NCBI GenBank assembly: GCA_052426225.1
Contig: JBNJNM010000015.1
Span: 62,001-126,000, forward strand
Origin: Zancudomyces culisetae HAW-14-8
Lineage: Eukaryota; Fungi; Kickxellomycota
DNA: 64,000 nucleotides
Direction: 5' to 3'
The position numbers and the translations under genes are program-made. Positions within the stretch are counted from its first letter, which is position 1. Every line of letters starts with the position of its first letter. Under the pieces are notes generated by a model. The model did not search any database and was not told the DNA's origin. It saw nothing but the letters and a program-made list of their open reading frames with translations. Positions 1-13,911 of the stretch are shown here, in pieces.

Positions 1-3000
1 ATATATTTTTGAAAGCAAAAAAATAAAATACAATTGACGTTGACGATGAACGATGGTTACACACAAATTTGCTAACCTTGGTATATTACTCATACTTAGG
101 ACTATTGCCTTCAGATATATTACCATCAATTAATTATGTTTTAATTTAAATTTAACTGAGGTTCACATACCGGATTTACCTTTTTATATTTTTGTTGGGT
201 TAATAAATGCATGAAGTCATAAATCTGACCTTTAGTTCTTTAATTAAACACGTGTAGTTGAAGCCTTGGTCTTGTACATCCTTATTTTACTTAAAATCTT
301 GATTTTCATTTTTATAATAAAGTGCGTTCAACTCACATTATCTTTAGCTTCAGTGTATCAAAAAGCTGCTCAGACACTGGGAAAGAAAAGGATAGGAAAG
401 GGGATACCAAATAAAGCAAAGTATAACTCATTTGTTTTTACTTTGTGTTAAAACCCTCTTTATGTTTGATACTCGTACTAATATGTGCTCGATCAGTTTC
501 TCGCACAAATAAAAAACAAAACTTGTATTTGAGCTCTGGCAATCTACCGTTTATCAAAAATTTCATTTGTTACGGAGCAAAAGCTTGATTTATGTGCTGT
601 CTCCTTGGTTTACACTATCAAAAATATCTGGACTATGTACATCATTTGGTTCAATAGTTGAGCCATTAGCTTTTTATTTTAACGCAAATTTGTTGTACAA
701 CTTTTAATTTGGGTTAACCACTTTAATTAGGATTATCATTTTCAGTATTTTTTTACTTATAATTAGTTAGTATAGCACGCACCATTCGCCATCACTAGGC
801 TGCCAATTTAACATATTCGCTTGTTTCACTTTTTATCTTTTTGCATTAAAATGATCAATATTTCACATATAATGTTCTTTGACATTGGATTTTTTCTTCA
901 CAATCCCGGTTACATTTCCGGATTTAAGGACAATTTTCTTCATTACTGATTGATACAAAAATGTTTGTGAATTTTTATAAGGTTTTTTATTCCTCAGCTA
1001 TTGAGGTATTCACAAATGATTGTCGTGTTCACTGATTTCGAGCTCATTTGAGTACCCAAATTGCAAACTAATTGGCCCCTACTATATTAATAAATCCATT
1101 TAAAGTCGTGTACCACAATCTTTGAGCAACGAATAAACAGCCTGCAAACAAAGCGCGCTGCTAAGCCTCACTAATAAATATATACAAACCACAATACTCA
1201 ACTCGCTAGTTTCCGTTTATTTAAATGCAGAAGGATTCAAACGGTAACAAGGGCAGCTGTTTGTATAATTTTTTTGTAGGAAGGGGGTGTGCTAGGTCTC
1301 CTCAGCTTAAGAGCATGCACCATTTAACCACTCACAAATAATTTGCTAGGTTACTGCTGACACCCCCGACCCTTTGAAGCTGTTTTTTTTCAGCTGCCAT
1401 TGAGTGCGTATTTTTTAAATACTAGTTTATATACACAAGTAGCGGATAAACTATAGTAGCACAAGTCCTTTTGATTAAAATTATTGATAAATTTAACTGG
1501 AAAATTGACATATATTATGTATTGTACAATACCAATCATTCAAATAATAAAATGTTTGTAATGTCAATATCTCATTAGTTGATGAGCAATCCTCTTTTTT
1601 ACTGGTTTTCCTTCAATTTAGTTCAGAATTCCTGAGTTATACTGGGAAAATACTATCTGTTAAGCACCAATAAGACATCGCTAAATAGGCCCAATAAAAA
1701 AAAATGTTTACTTTGCTGTAACCAGAGAATAAAGCTTGTTAAATAAAACCATATACCTCATCAACTGAATTCGACGCAGAAATGCCATGCTGTTCCACGT
1801 TGGTTGAGGCTTATTTTAACTACACTGAACTCAACTTGATAGTTCTGTATTGTGCGATTTTACTTTTATCGCACCCCAACCTATAACCGACTTGTAAGCA
1901 AGTTTCATTAGACTTTTTCCTCAAGGAGAAAAGGATGAGTGCGTTCCTCCCCTCATCATTGGTAAGGATATACACATATCTTTGTCTATCTTTATCATAA
2001 CTTTTGTATCACGCAGCATCTAGTGCTTTTAGATTTTGTTTAACCAACTAGACGCAAAAATTAGCGTATTTTACTACGCTCTTTTCTCTGCTACAACAAA
2101 TATAGTTGTATCTAGGTATTTTTCCCATTTGTAAAATTGTGGTTCTTTATCGGTGTTGATGGAGGTGCCATTGCATTTGAAAATTTATTAACACATTGCC
2201 TGCTTTAATTATTGCAATTAACTGCAATGCAACTTTTGTTTGTAACCTATAGCATGATATAGCTTGGGTTTCTACTCATGATACTTTTGGCATATTAAAA
2301 AACAGTACAGCAGCCAATTTTGTTAATAATATGACAATTATAAATGAGAAGGGTGAAGAGATAGTTAAAAACCAGAACCTCGGTTGTATTTGTAGAACAT
2401 TCTAAACAGGAATAAAATGTGAAATGGTACCCATTGCTGGTCATGCGTTCAGTATGGAAGGGTAATACTAGTGATAACACATCATTTATAACACCAACGA
2501 CATTTCACCTATCCAGCAAATAAATTTGAAATCAATTTTTTGTAGAAATTAACTAGAGCATCAAGTAACCATAAAGGTAGTACCTACAAAGTTTATTCTC
2601 GAATTTCCAAGATATTAGTAGATACAAATATTGATTATATTTGTTTAATAGAACTGTAATCACTAGCACCAAAAAAAAGTTTCTATAGAAATATTATTGT
2701 TGGAGAAGATGTCATAGGACAATACTTATACTGAGTCTAGCGGCATAAGGGAGTGAATAAAATAGCATTTTGACCTCATATCTATCCTATTTTTATGTTA
2801 CCTTTTTCTATTGCAAAATACACGTATAATCTAGGATAATTATTATGTAAATAGTGGTAGGAAAACCACCAGAACCAAAATTAAGTGAGAAAGAAAAGTA
2901 TGGCATTCGTAAAGTTCGGGAAGCTATTGGCTTAACCAAGAAAAAATGTGCTTATGATTATTATAACGATGATTCGTATAATCTGTGTTGTAATTCTAAA

Positions 3001-3223
3001 ACTAGCCGCTCTCGAACCAAGTTTGAAACTACCATGTGCTCATATAAAAGTGTAGTAGCCTTGAGTGGGTGGATTATAACCTCAAAATGCCGCGTATACT
3101 AGGTACAATTTTTCAATAATTAAAATTTCGATTCCTTTACTTGATTTAAAATTGGCGAAATTGTAAACTAATACACCTAATTGTAAATGTACAAATATTG
3201 AAATTTAAAAATAACAAAAAAGA

Positions 3224-3927
3224 ATGGTCTGCAAGAAGTGTAAGTACTTTATACATTCACATCAACATAATTACAACAAACTTATCGTTGTCTTACCGAA
3301 TTTAGGTGAAAAGAAGTTGACAAAGATAGCGACTCCAGAGAAATGGAAGGAAGGATCAAAGAATAGTAAAAGTATGAAATACTTATCGTCATTGTCAGTT
3401 TGTTATTGTATATCTTTTTATATCGGCTTTATTTTTTTATTTTTGAAATAGTCGGACCTCAACGAAAATTGGGAGAAAACAAATTGCTAAGCAAATCTTC
3501 CCAACGGTAAGTGGCTTTGTTATTTAAATTATCAATCTTTTTTTTCTATTTCCTCAATAAGTACCTGTTGTATTCTGGACTCCTCTCTGTTTTACTACGT
3601 ATTTTAGTTTATCAAACAAAAGTGAAACTCAAAAATATTGCCTCCGATAAACACTAAACTTTTAAACTCTCATCTCAATCGTTTTGGTTAATTAAAACAT
3701 ACTAGGTTTAATCCGTATAAGAGTAAATGCAAGTTATGCAAATCTTCAATACATCAGGAGCATTCGATATACTGTCAAAGTAAGCTTAGCATTCTCACCG
3801 ATTCTGCATACTTTCATGTTTACAATTTGTTTTTGCATATTTAGGCTGCTCGTATAAGAAGGGAATTTGCGCAATGTGTGGAACACAGATTATTGATACC
3901 ACAAACTATAAAATGAGTGCAAAATAG
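3224..3927 (+). CDS. CRIPT: Cysteine-rich PDZ-binding protein CRIPT, 97 aa, 5 exons (3224-3239, 3306-3371, 3452-3506, 3706-3779, 3845-3927)
   Basis: Manual GT-AG splicing gives MVCKKCEKKLTKIATPEKWKEGSKNSKIGPQRKLGENKLLSKSSQRFNPYKSKCKLCKSSIHQEHSIYCQSCSYKKGICAMCGTQIIDTTNYKMSAK. This matches CRIPT along its length (MVCxKCEKKL, CxxC pairs, YKKGICAMCG). Exons total 294 nt with consistent phases. Confidence 0.95.
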
Positions 3928-5027
3928 CACACAGCAGTCTCTATTGAATCAGCACTCGTATGCTATGATTTTGATGTTTATGTCAGGTCCATAATTTTCA
4001 ATTTAATGTTCACATCGCTTCGACATTGTCGTCTATATTCCATTTGTAAACTTATTCACAATAACTTATACTATGCGGAGGGTATACCATGAAAGATAAA
4101 CGAAAACTATTAAATGTGTTTTTTGCGCTCTGAAAGAGCAATCCAGTGAGCACGGTCTGTGTAGTTACCAAGATATCGGTTGTTTTCCATTTTATGATAT
4201 TCCTCTTGAATAGCTTATCTTGCCTTTCTAACCAAAGATGTATTTCTGATTCTTGAATGTTTGTTGGTTTTGCACTGAAATATAGCCACACTCTACTATT
4301 ACACCTTACATATCACCTTAATTTGTAAATCCAAGTGCGTTTTAAACTGTAAATACAAAGATATCGTTAAAGTGTTATGTCGACATAATTGGTATTGTTA
4401 TATACTAAGTGCACAGCTATTGAAGGGAATGTATGCGTTTATTCCAAAGTAGTTATTACCCAAACAAACTCTAAATCGCCAGTTTTTTTTTCATTCTCGT
4501 TGTTTTTTCTAATGGCTATTGCAATGGTGTAAATTAATAAGATATACAAACTAGTAAACACAGCTGCCTAATAAACTCACTCTTACTGGACTACATTGTA
4601 TTCTATGTAAGATGTCACTAAGCGAACTAGGATAGTATTCGATCCACTTTTACAAAAATCTCGCCGCCTAATAGTACTTTGGATTTGAATTTTTTTTCTT
4701 GTTTGTGTGTGCCTAATCCGACAATATGTTGTACTCACTTGAGTGAACCTGATTTAAAGGCACTCGCACCACTTTTGCATCTTTAATAACTAATACTCAT
4801 CTATTTATTGTGACTTGATAGCACTCAATTTCGCTCTCTGAAAAAAAAAGAATCAAGAAAGTAGCTTTCCATAAAAAACGAATAATAAAATATCTGTAAG
4901 AGCTTGAAATAGTCCGAAAAAAAAATTGTTAAGATAAATATTGCCACCGTATATTTTAAAAAAAATTTACCCAGGAAAGAGATTAATCATGCACAGGCTT
5001 TAGGATAACTTTAAGAAAATACAGAGA

Positions 5028-5941
5028 TTATAAGAGCAGGCATCTAGTCTTCTTTTTTGTAGCTGGAGGCTCGAGGGCAGCAACTATTGCCTCATCGAAG
5101 ACATTCTTTAACCCTTTCTGAGTGAGCGCAGAGCACTCGACGTATTTGACCGCACCAAGATCGCGAGCAAATTTCTCACCCTGCTCGGGTGTCAAAGGAC
5201 GTTGGCGCTGGAGATTTAGCTTTTCAATGGTTGCAGGGTCATCACGGAGATCCACCTGAGTACCGACTATCAGGCACGGGACTCCAGGGCAATGGTGGCG
5301 AATCTCAGGAATCCACTTTTCACGTACGTTTTCAAAAGAAGCGGGTGAAACCGTGGAAAAGCAGACCAAAAATACATCAGTTTGAGGGTATGATAATGGA
5401 CGTAAACGGTCATAATCCTCCTGCCCTGTATTTATCGCACAAGAAAGTCAGATACAAATAGAAATTTAGGGGACAAAATATGGATAAATTCTATTAAAAA
5501 AACAAATATGTAGAATTACACACCTGCAGTATCAAAAAGACCGAGTGTATATGGTTCATCTCCAATCATCACAGTGACAGCATAGTTATCAAAGACCTAT
5601 TTATATGAAAAACAAAGTTTAGTAAATCTTCAAGGTGAAAAGAAAAGAAATAAATTAGAAAGAAGGGGAGGGGAAGGAATGGTGATTCATTATATCAAAT
5701 AATAGCAATATACAGTTTTATGTATGGAATAGAGGGTTGAAATATACCGTAGGAACATATTCAGATGGAAATTTATTCGTAGTATAGGAAATTAGGAGGC
5801 AAGTCTATTTTGGTAGATATAAATTTATTGCATGTACAGAATTGCATACATAATAGAACAGCAATTAAAAAGCAAAACAAAAGTATAAATTACCTTTCCT
5901 ACAGCACCATCACCGACAACCACGCATTTAATTGTTTGCAT
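5028..5941 (-). CDS. CDC42: Rho-family GTPase Cdc42, 191 aa, 4 exons (5894-5941, 5748-5804, 5524-5596, 5028-5425)
   Basis: Spliced product [40 protein letters not shown]...[20 protein letters not shown]...CLLL (CAAX box). Total 576 nt; all introns GT-AG. Confidence 0.98.
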
Positions 5942-6726
5942 TCTGACAAGCCGATTCTTATTCAGTAGTTCGATTCAAGTATTAATTGATTCCAGTAATC
6001 GAAGACAAGTAAAACTCCTTTTTTCTAATCAACAAAAGACAATCCAAAATGTTGTAACGTCAGGATTTTTCAAGGTTACTATTCGTGATGAATTTTAGGT
6101 AGTGTACAGCCTTATAATCAAGATTTTCGTTCAGACCTATTAAAACCGAAGAGGATAAATATATATATTTTTTACAAAATATTAAACTTATAATATTTAT
6201 CTAATCCAGAATATTTTGTGAAATAAAATATCACTATAGTTCACGAGCACTAGGTTTAACAACTCGGATATGGTATATATCGAATTGCTATTAAAAGGTT
6301 AGAGTGTTTGGAAAAAAAAATTTTACACATTGAAAAAGTAGTGAACTTTAGCGCTCTATTAAGCTTTAATGAGAATTGGGAAATTTGCGGAGAACAAAAT
6401 AGTTGAGAAAATTGGGAAATTCGTTGTCATCAGTTGAAAAAGGAAGAGGAAAATACACAATTGGAAACTTAACCTCAGGTTTGCTGAATATAAACGAATT
6501 TAAAATTTTTTGTTCCAATAATAATGGGGAACTCCAGAAATATAAAAGCCTAAAGGTGAAGGGATCCAATGAGTGGGAAGGAATTAAAAAATAACACATA
6601 TTGGTAACGCTATGATTTGCTTCTTAATTTAGAATCTGTTGCATAAGTGGAGCGAGTAATAGGAGTTGTTTACAATTTGAACTATGTTTGTGTAATGTCC
6701 AAGTTTTTACAAACGAAAAAAAAGAG

Positions 6727-6811
6727 TGAAAATGAAGATGAAAATGAAAATGAAAATAAATTATGAAATATGAAATATGACATGAGATGGAAATGGAAAT
6801 GGAAATGGAAA
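6727..6811 (+). repeat. Degenerate (TGAAAA)/(GGAAAT)n hexamer array
   Basis: tgaaaatgaagatgaaaatgaaaatgaaaa...atggaaatggaaatggaaatggaaa. Confidence 0.8.
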
Positions 6812-9521
6812 AAGAAAAGGGAGGTGGAAAAGCAGAGGTAAAAGGAAAAGAAACTGTAGAAATGAAGACAGGGGAAAAGTAGTAAAACAACCAAAAACCT
6901 CAACATAATTACTAGAATAACATTACTGCAAAGGGTAGTCAAGAAAAATTCAAAGACTTGGGGCTAAAAAATAATACCAAAAGCCAAAAGCTGGGAATCA
7001 AACATTGAATAATAAAACAAGCTGCAAATAAAAAGCCAGAGACGTATTGGTATTTGAAGACTTGGATAAAATCTTTGATTGGAATTTTAAACCAGGAGAC
7101 ACTTTGGGTGCTAGTCCTCAAAATAAAAATTTAAACATCCTGGACTTTGCCACATTTTTTCCAGACCAATGTAATATGTTGGAGATAGCTAATAGTGCCT
7201 CTTGTTTCTGGCGGAGAACGCCATAGTATCATTTGAAATTATACACAAATATTTAGCAGTGCATGTCAGGCGATAGGCATTATACAACAATGACTGCCGA
7301 CTTGAAAATATGCGAGTAATTAACCTTAAATACCACAAAAAACCGACATGGGTCTTCCCCCCCTTCAAATTAAATGGTTCCCGTGGCTAGCAAAAGGAAT
7401 GATGGTGTTTACTTATTTATCTCATGCAAGAGCTTATCAACCCGAAACGATCAGCCGCTTTTACACGATGTAAGTATGAGAATTTTGGTGTTCTAGTATT
7501 AAAGTTGATGTGATTTTGGATGCTTTATTCAACTTGATATTTGAGGTAATTCACTAATATTCCCTATCAGTTACAAGGTTAATCGCGCCTAACACCTTTT
7601 CGAACCATGTACCATATATTCTTTTTAAATAAATAATGAGACCAGTTTATATAAATACAAAACAATTCATGGATGTAAAAGCAAGCCGATTTGCTTGAGA
7701 AGCTTCATCTTGCCACACAAAAAAGGGGGGGAGTGTTATATAATCAGAGATATTTACAAATATAAACAAAAAGCACTGGTACCAACAAAACTCCAAATAT
7801 TAAAAAAGAAAAAAAAAAAAACTGATGTAGAAAATCAAATGATTTGCCCAGAGCAAAAAAGGATGGATGGCAAGAGTTGACGGGCAAGTATCTTTTCTTT
7901 GTGATAGAAAAGCGCAACACCAACAACCTATCAAGATATCGGTGGTTGATGGCCATTAGATTTGACAAAAATCTATAAGTTTTATAGGAGCTGAGGCAAA
8001 AAAACACATGTTTCCAATATCTAGGCGGAGAACATAACATCTCTGGTCTGTGCCTGTATGTTTTTATAGCTTACCTTACAAGAAAAAATAAATAACTATG
8101 CTATATATTATCAATGTAATGAATTGATGCGGAGATTCTAGCTCCATCCAACATTTGTTCAATAGGCACTTGGTTTCACCTCCTGGTTACTCCATTTTCT
8201 TAATGACCATTAAAAAGCACAAAAAACAATACAGTTTTTCATTAGCGGTTTCTTTTTTTGGGAGATGGTGGGTAAAGGGATAAATTAGTACACACATGGG
8301 AAGAGCGTTGGTATACAACTACCTGTTCTCTTGCGAAACAAGATCGATGTGCTTTATAAATGTGAATGTCAACAACTAAAGAGCAATCATCCCGTCTAGG
8401 CTTGTTTACACGTTACTTTTTTTACATAAACGACGGTTTTTGGAAGCAGTACACATTCTGTAAATTGTGGCATGGTTATAAAACGTGAAAATCTGTTTTT
8501 TATTACCTCGCAAACTTTCTGGGAGAAGAGAAAGGGACGGGACAAATGGAGTACAAGCAGTTCAAATTTTTGAGAAAAACGCTGTTCGCAACAGCTTTTA
8601 AAGGTGTCCTAGAGGCTCAGTATTAGTAACCATTATTGAAAAAAAACCTTAACCAAGCACTATTACTGGTAAAATAATAATAATAATAATAATAGGAAAA
8701 TAATAACAGCTGTAAACAAACAAAATATCCAACTCTAAATGAAAATATACTCAAAGTATTGGTTCTTCAAAAGATATGTAGTATAAAGCGCATAACTGAT
8801 TATTGTTTCTATCACTTGATAGAGTTATACTAATGATCTCGCGTTACTCGATACACTATCGCGTGTTTTTAATAGAATAGCATTCACACTACACGATATT
8901 TGCCTAGAATTGCGTTTGAAAAAGCTCTATCCAAACCTTGAGCTTTGGTTCCAACTTGTGTAATTATTTAGAAACTGTTGTGTATTTGCAATATCTAGAT
9001 ATGCTAAAGCGGATACTTTTCAAAAACTAAAATTTATTTGACAAACTCAGCCTTTCGGTGACGTGATGTATCTCCAAAACCCTCGTACTAGTGCAAACTA
9101 AGAGCCTAAGTAGCTTTGCTGGTTAACTTTTTGACTTGAACATCATCTAGTGATGCCTATTGAAGCCCTAATAAAAGTTGTAAAAATGCTGTTGAAGGTT
9201 TTACTGAATGTTAAGCTGACTTTATGTACAGCTAATATGCCGGATTAGCATATGGGTCCCAATCCACCTCATACTAAACTTAAATGTAACAGACAAGGAT
9301 GTGTATATTTTGGTATTACCTAACCAGCCATTTTCTATTATGTAGCTGGGTTATAAGGAAAAAAAATAAACATATAACAATTCAATGAATAACTTGGAAA
9401 AAAAAAGATTTTTTTTAAAAAAAAGTTTTGCTAATCAATATTTATCATAATCAAATGAAGATTAGCATATCTCAGTTATAATAGAACAATTCGCAACACT
9501 AATGAATACAGATTTTGAAAA

Positions 9522-10496
9522 ATGAATGGAAAACAAAGATTTTCAGCGTCAATTGTGTTCAACCATTTGAACAGTATAAATAGAATCACAAACAGAGGGA
9601 TTTCGGAGAGGTTATTGTGTGTACGATCATATACAACATGTAATTCGTTCGGGTTCTCAAAAAATAAAAATAAAAAGCTAAGGTGTCCAGAATACACTTT
9701 CAAAAGAAACTATACCCGGAGCAATAGTTTTAGTGATTTTGGCGAAAAAATTAAAAATCTAGGATATATCGGCGTACTTGTTTGCGTCGCAGGAGTGTTT
9801 GGTAAATGAAAACTATGTACTTTACGGAAAAAATACTTATTCGGATCTAACTATAATAGAACTTGAATTTTGCTAATAGGTTACTCTGGGTACATTCTTT
9901 ATGATAGTATGGTGGCTCCAAATAGCCCCACGCGCGTATACAACGAAGTTTTGGATCTTATCAGAAAAGATCGAAAGCTGGCCAAACTTTTTGGAAATAG
10001 TATTGTAGGGTATGGTGAACCATCTTACAGTCGTCTACAAAGGAATAGATCGATAAGCAACAAGGTTGTTTTGAATAAAAATGGTGAAAAGCTGCAGGAG
10101 ATACGCTTTTACATTGAGGGTGAGAAAGAGGAGCATTATGGTGTTGTAAATGCAAAATTAATCGAGGATCAATCTCTAAAATCCTGGAGATACTACCATA
10201 TTTCAGTTGATGTCTATAAAACAAAAAAAATGGATGAAGCCTTTGAAGAATTGGCCGGAAAAAAAGACACAAAGCTAATCGAGGCATACTCTAACAGACA
10301 GAACCAAACATCCTTGGTTACACCAAATCTTTCTATTGACATGTTTAGCTCTCCCGAGTATTTAAAGGAAAAACAACTCGAACTACAGCGAAAGCGGGTT
10401 CATTCCGGGTTTTTTGCCCCTAAAAACCCAAAAAGCAATAACGATGATGGGAATGCATCATGGTTCGGCATTTTCAAACCTTCCTCAAGAAATTAA
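9522..10496 (+). CDS. TIM21: Mitochondrial inner-membrane translocase subunit Tim21-like, 2 exons (9522-9801, 9880-10496)
   Basis: Basic presequence-like N-terminus and one TM helix (LGYIGVLVCVAGVFGYSGYIL), followed by SPTRVYNEVLDLIRKD...FG..IVGYGEP..R..RNR.I...FYIEG...GVV, typical of Tim21. One GT-AG intron joins the two ORFs in frame. Confidence 0.85.
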
Positions 10497-10884
10497 ACTT
10501 TTCTTGCTCAACTAGCACTACCAGTACAACTTTTGTTCACAGAAGAGATAGAAATATCATTAATGATAAGCACATATTGTGATTCAGTTGTTTGCATATA
10601 TTTTTAACGACTACTTTTGGCATGCATTTTTTTTTTCAGACAAAAAAACAAAGCTGGGTATACTCTAAAAAGGATAGCTTTATCACAAAAAACGCATATA
10701 GATATACACACATGCCTTGTTTCTCTCTTTCTCACACCCGAGGCACACAGAGTACGACATAGAATAGCGTTGCCAAGCTGGATCTATATAGTAGGAAACT
10801 TCCCTTTGATTTTATTGTTTTAGGGTCACTGCCATTCTTTTAGAGGTACAACAGAGATATTGGTTGACCTGACGAATCGTCTTA

Positions 10885-11725
10885 TTAGCAGTAGATATTA
10901 ACAAATAAAAAAGCTTGAGCAAGAGCTATGGCTATAAACAACGAAAAGCTATCAAACTTTGGGGAACCATTTAGGGCATATCCAGTGGGTTTTAGCACGT
11001 TGGGGGTTACTGATGGCAGCCGTGTTGGAGCCGAGTTATCATCATTATCTTGGTTTGAGCTACTGTCCTCGTTCTCATCATCTGACTTACCACTCTTTCC
11101 AGATTTTGTCCTATTTCCTTTATACATTCCTTCAACGAACGTTCCATTGTATTTTTCACTTTTATCCACGTCTTTAAACTCGTTCTTAGAGCCTGAATAG
11201 CTTGATTTTGTCTTTGTAGGTGGCAAATCATCTGTGTTATCGCCGTCATCAGTGTTTAAACCTTTTGTTTTCTTGTCTGTGTCCTTTGATGCATCCTTAT
11301 TTTTTTGGTATTTTGATGATATATCATCACTATTCGATTGTCCGTCGACTCCAGAGTCATTGCTTGATGTCTGGCTTGCTTTATCTTGACCAATCTTGGC
11401 ATCAGAAGCACTGCTATCGCTATCTCTTTTGTAGATGTCATAGACCTTTTTTTCGATATAGTACTTTGTTTTACCAGGGTAAGCTATTTTGTTTTGTGTA
11501 ATTGATTAGCAATGTAGTAGGAATATGGTCATTAAAAACAATATACAGAATAGGTTAGTTTTGCCTGAAATAAATTGTATAATTACCATGACTATCTAGA
11601 TTTCCATGGTCCTCTTTACCATCTAAATCACCTGGACCACGGTTATACACATCGTTACATAGGACACACGTCAAAAATAATAGAATGTATATTATGGCTA
11701 CACTAGGGAAGGAAAATCGCGACAT
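10885..11725 (-). CDS. Orphan secreted, probably GPI-anchored D/S/K-rich protein, about 245 aa, 2 exons (11587-11725, 10885-11483)
   Basis: Signal peptide MSRFSFPSVAIIYILLFLTCVLC, a GT-AG intron, a KR dibasic site, a low-complexity hydrophilic body and a hydrophobic C-terminus FSLFIAIALAQAFLFVNIYC. Confidence 0.75.
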
Positions 11726-13911
11726 TTTGTTTAACGGTCTGCTTTATTATGAAGCGGAGTAACTCGTCTAGGGTGTAGGTATGTTAAGAGAATATAACGA
11801 CCTTTAATTATAACTAAGATAAGAGAGCTATTTAAACGAAATTTATTTAACAGAATTTAACTTGAGGGCTATGTGGCCATTTAATTGCTTTAAAGCTAAT
11901 TCCAAACACTTGACATTTTTCCGAATCAAAACTTAGAAAGTTAAGTTGTTGTACGCTTATAATATCAATGGGATGGGGCTAGGTGAGATTTCTATACAAA
12001 AAAATCCATTGTTTCCCAAAAACTGGAAATGTAATCATATAATAATCAACCTTCAAAAAAGATTTAACGATAATGCTACTTAATTGTGAGCAAAAGTTAA
12101 GGCTCATTGAAAATAAGGTGGAAATAAAACCGATACAAAGCATGTTTAATTTATCTAAGGTTTTTGACACAGATAATCAGCAATAATAATAGTTGTTTTT
12201 AACCCACTAGCCTCCAAGTGCTTGATATATAATTTGCGTGTAGTAGCTTTGATTGTAGCTCAAACATCTTTCTTTCATATTTGTTTATTTTATGCATTAC
12301 TGAATACGAGCGTGCAATAAACGCTCAAGTTAAAATAATGTACGATAGGCGATTAATTGTGGAATAAGTAAAGGCTGTGTTTTTGTGTGTCATAGTGAAC
12401 ATTATGACGTATGTCGGGAGACTGATAAACCAGAAGAGCATAATATAAAGTACGGGTGTGCAATGAGCCCTTTAAAGCACTTCTTAAGACGCATATTGCT
12501 GCTTTTAATCAAATATGTGACTGAAAAAATGGATAAAGCATACAATTATAAATGCCTTTTCTTTGTAACTTGTGATTGTCCTCATTGTTATTAATTTATG
12601 ATTGTTTATTCCATTTTATTTTTAAAATGTATTGTTTACTAACAGTATTCAGTATGGATATTGATAGCACGGGGATTTGTTTCTTTGACTTTAAAAACGT
12701 TGTAGGCGATTATCCTTTCTGTATAATAATTTATAATTCCGAACATATTCTTTAGGTTTCCTAATGTGTTGTGATGCGGGGTAGCTTTTTTCAAGATAGC
12801 GTAAAACAATTAAGAGTACAAATATTAAAGCTAAGATTAATATCTTAAAAACCAAGAGTCACACATAGCCCTACTGAAGGACATCCAGTTCTTTGTTATT
12901 CTTGCAATGCCATGTTTTTTATAGACCATTTTTACCCATCAGGCTGTTATAATTATTTTTTCAGTTGCACACTTGCAAATAATTCTCCTTGTTTATAGCA
13001 CATAGTCTTAGAGCATGATCTTGAGTTTGGTTTAAATAAGATTTTTTATGTTGCTTAACAACGATACACATCCAAAAGTATAGGTAAGTGACTCGAATGG
13101 CTTGGTATGTTCACTAAAAATTTGTAAAGCAAAATAAAAGCACTTTATAATATTTTTTCCCAAGTTATTAGTGTGTGGCAATTGAAAACTACTTTTAGAG
13201 ATAAGTATGTTGATGTAGATTTACACTAAAAGTTCAAAAATAACAGATACATGGTATTATTCATTCTTTCGAGCTTAAATAATCTAAAACAGCACCTATA
13301 AAACATTCTCTTGGTTTGATATCTAAAAATTAAAAAAAAAAAACAAATCTTTCCTTTGCCAAAAGCTCGCAAATAAAAGGTATGAAATGTGATTGTGCTA
13401 ACTAGCCTAACGCCTATGTTTTGGTATAGATGGGCTTTGCACCACACAAGTGTATCCACTACACGCCTAAATTTAAAAAAGTATTAGTTCCTTGCTCACG
13501 CAAAAATGTTGTGTGTAACCAAAAGTATTGTTACAGTATTTTTCGGGAATATCAATCAGTTGCGCCTATTCCTGTATCCAGAGAGTTTGCATATACATAT
13601 GCTATCATTATTACCATTTTTTTCTTTTCAAGCTTTTGATTCTCTTGGTTTAATTCCAGCACAAATGATAATTTCCACTCAATGAACAGATTACAAACCC
13701 TGAGTATTGGGCTGACCTATGGCGTACAACCAAAATACAGTGTTATGCGACGAATAAAAAGTTAGCCAATACCGAGTTGGTGTTATTTGAGTTTAACAAA
13801 TAAATCACATATTCTAATTGATCGGACATTTAATAATAAAGCATAAATGATGCTTTATAATATTAAACATTTCAAAGTTGTTAGGGGATACCAAAACGAA
13901 ATTAAACAAAA

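Noticed and set aside
2854-3102. 82-aa Cys/Lys-rich ORF just upstream of CRIPT
   Set aside because: It has a GTG start, no homology I recognise, and no convincing upstream exon.
9455-9470. GAAGATTAGCAT resembling U6 snRNA
   Set aside because: It lacks the ACAGAGA box and the downstream GGCCCCTG stem, so it is a chance match.
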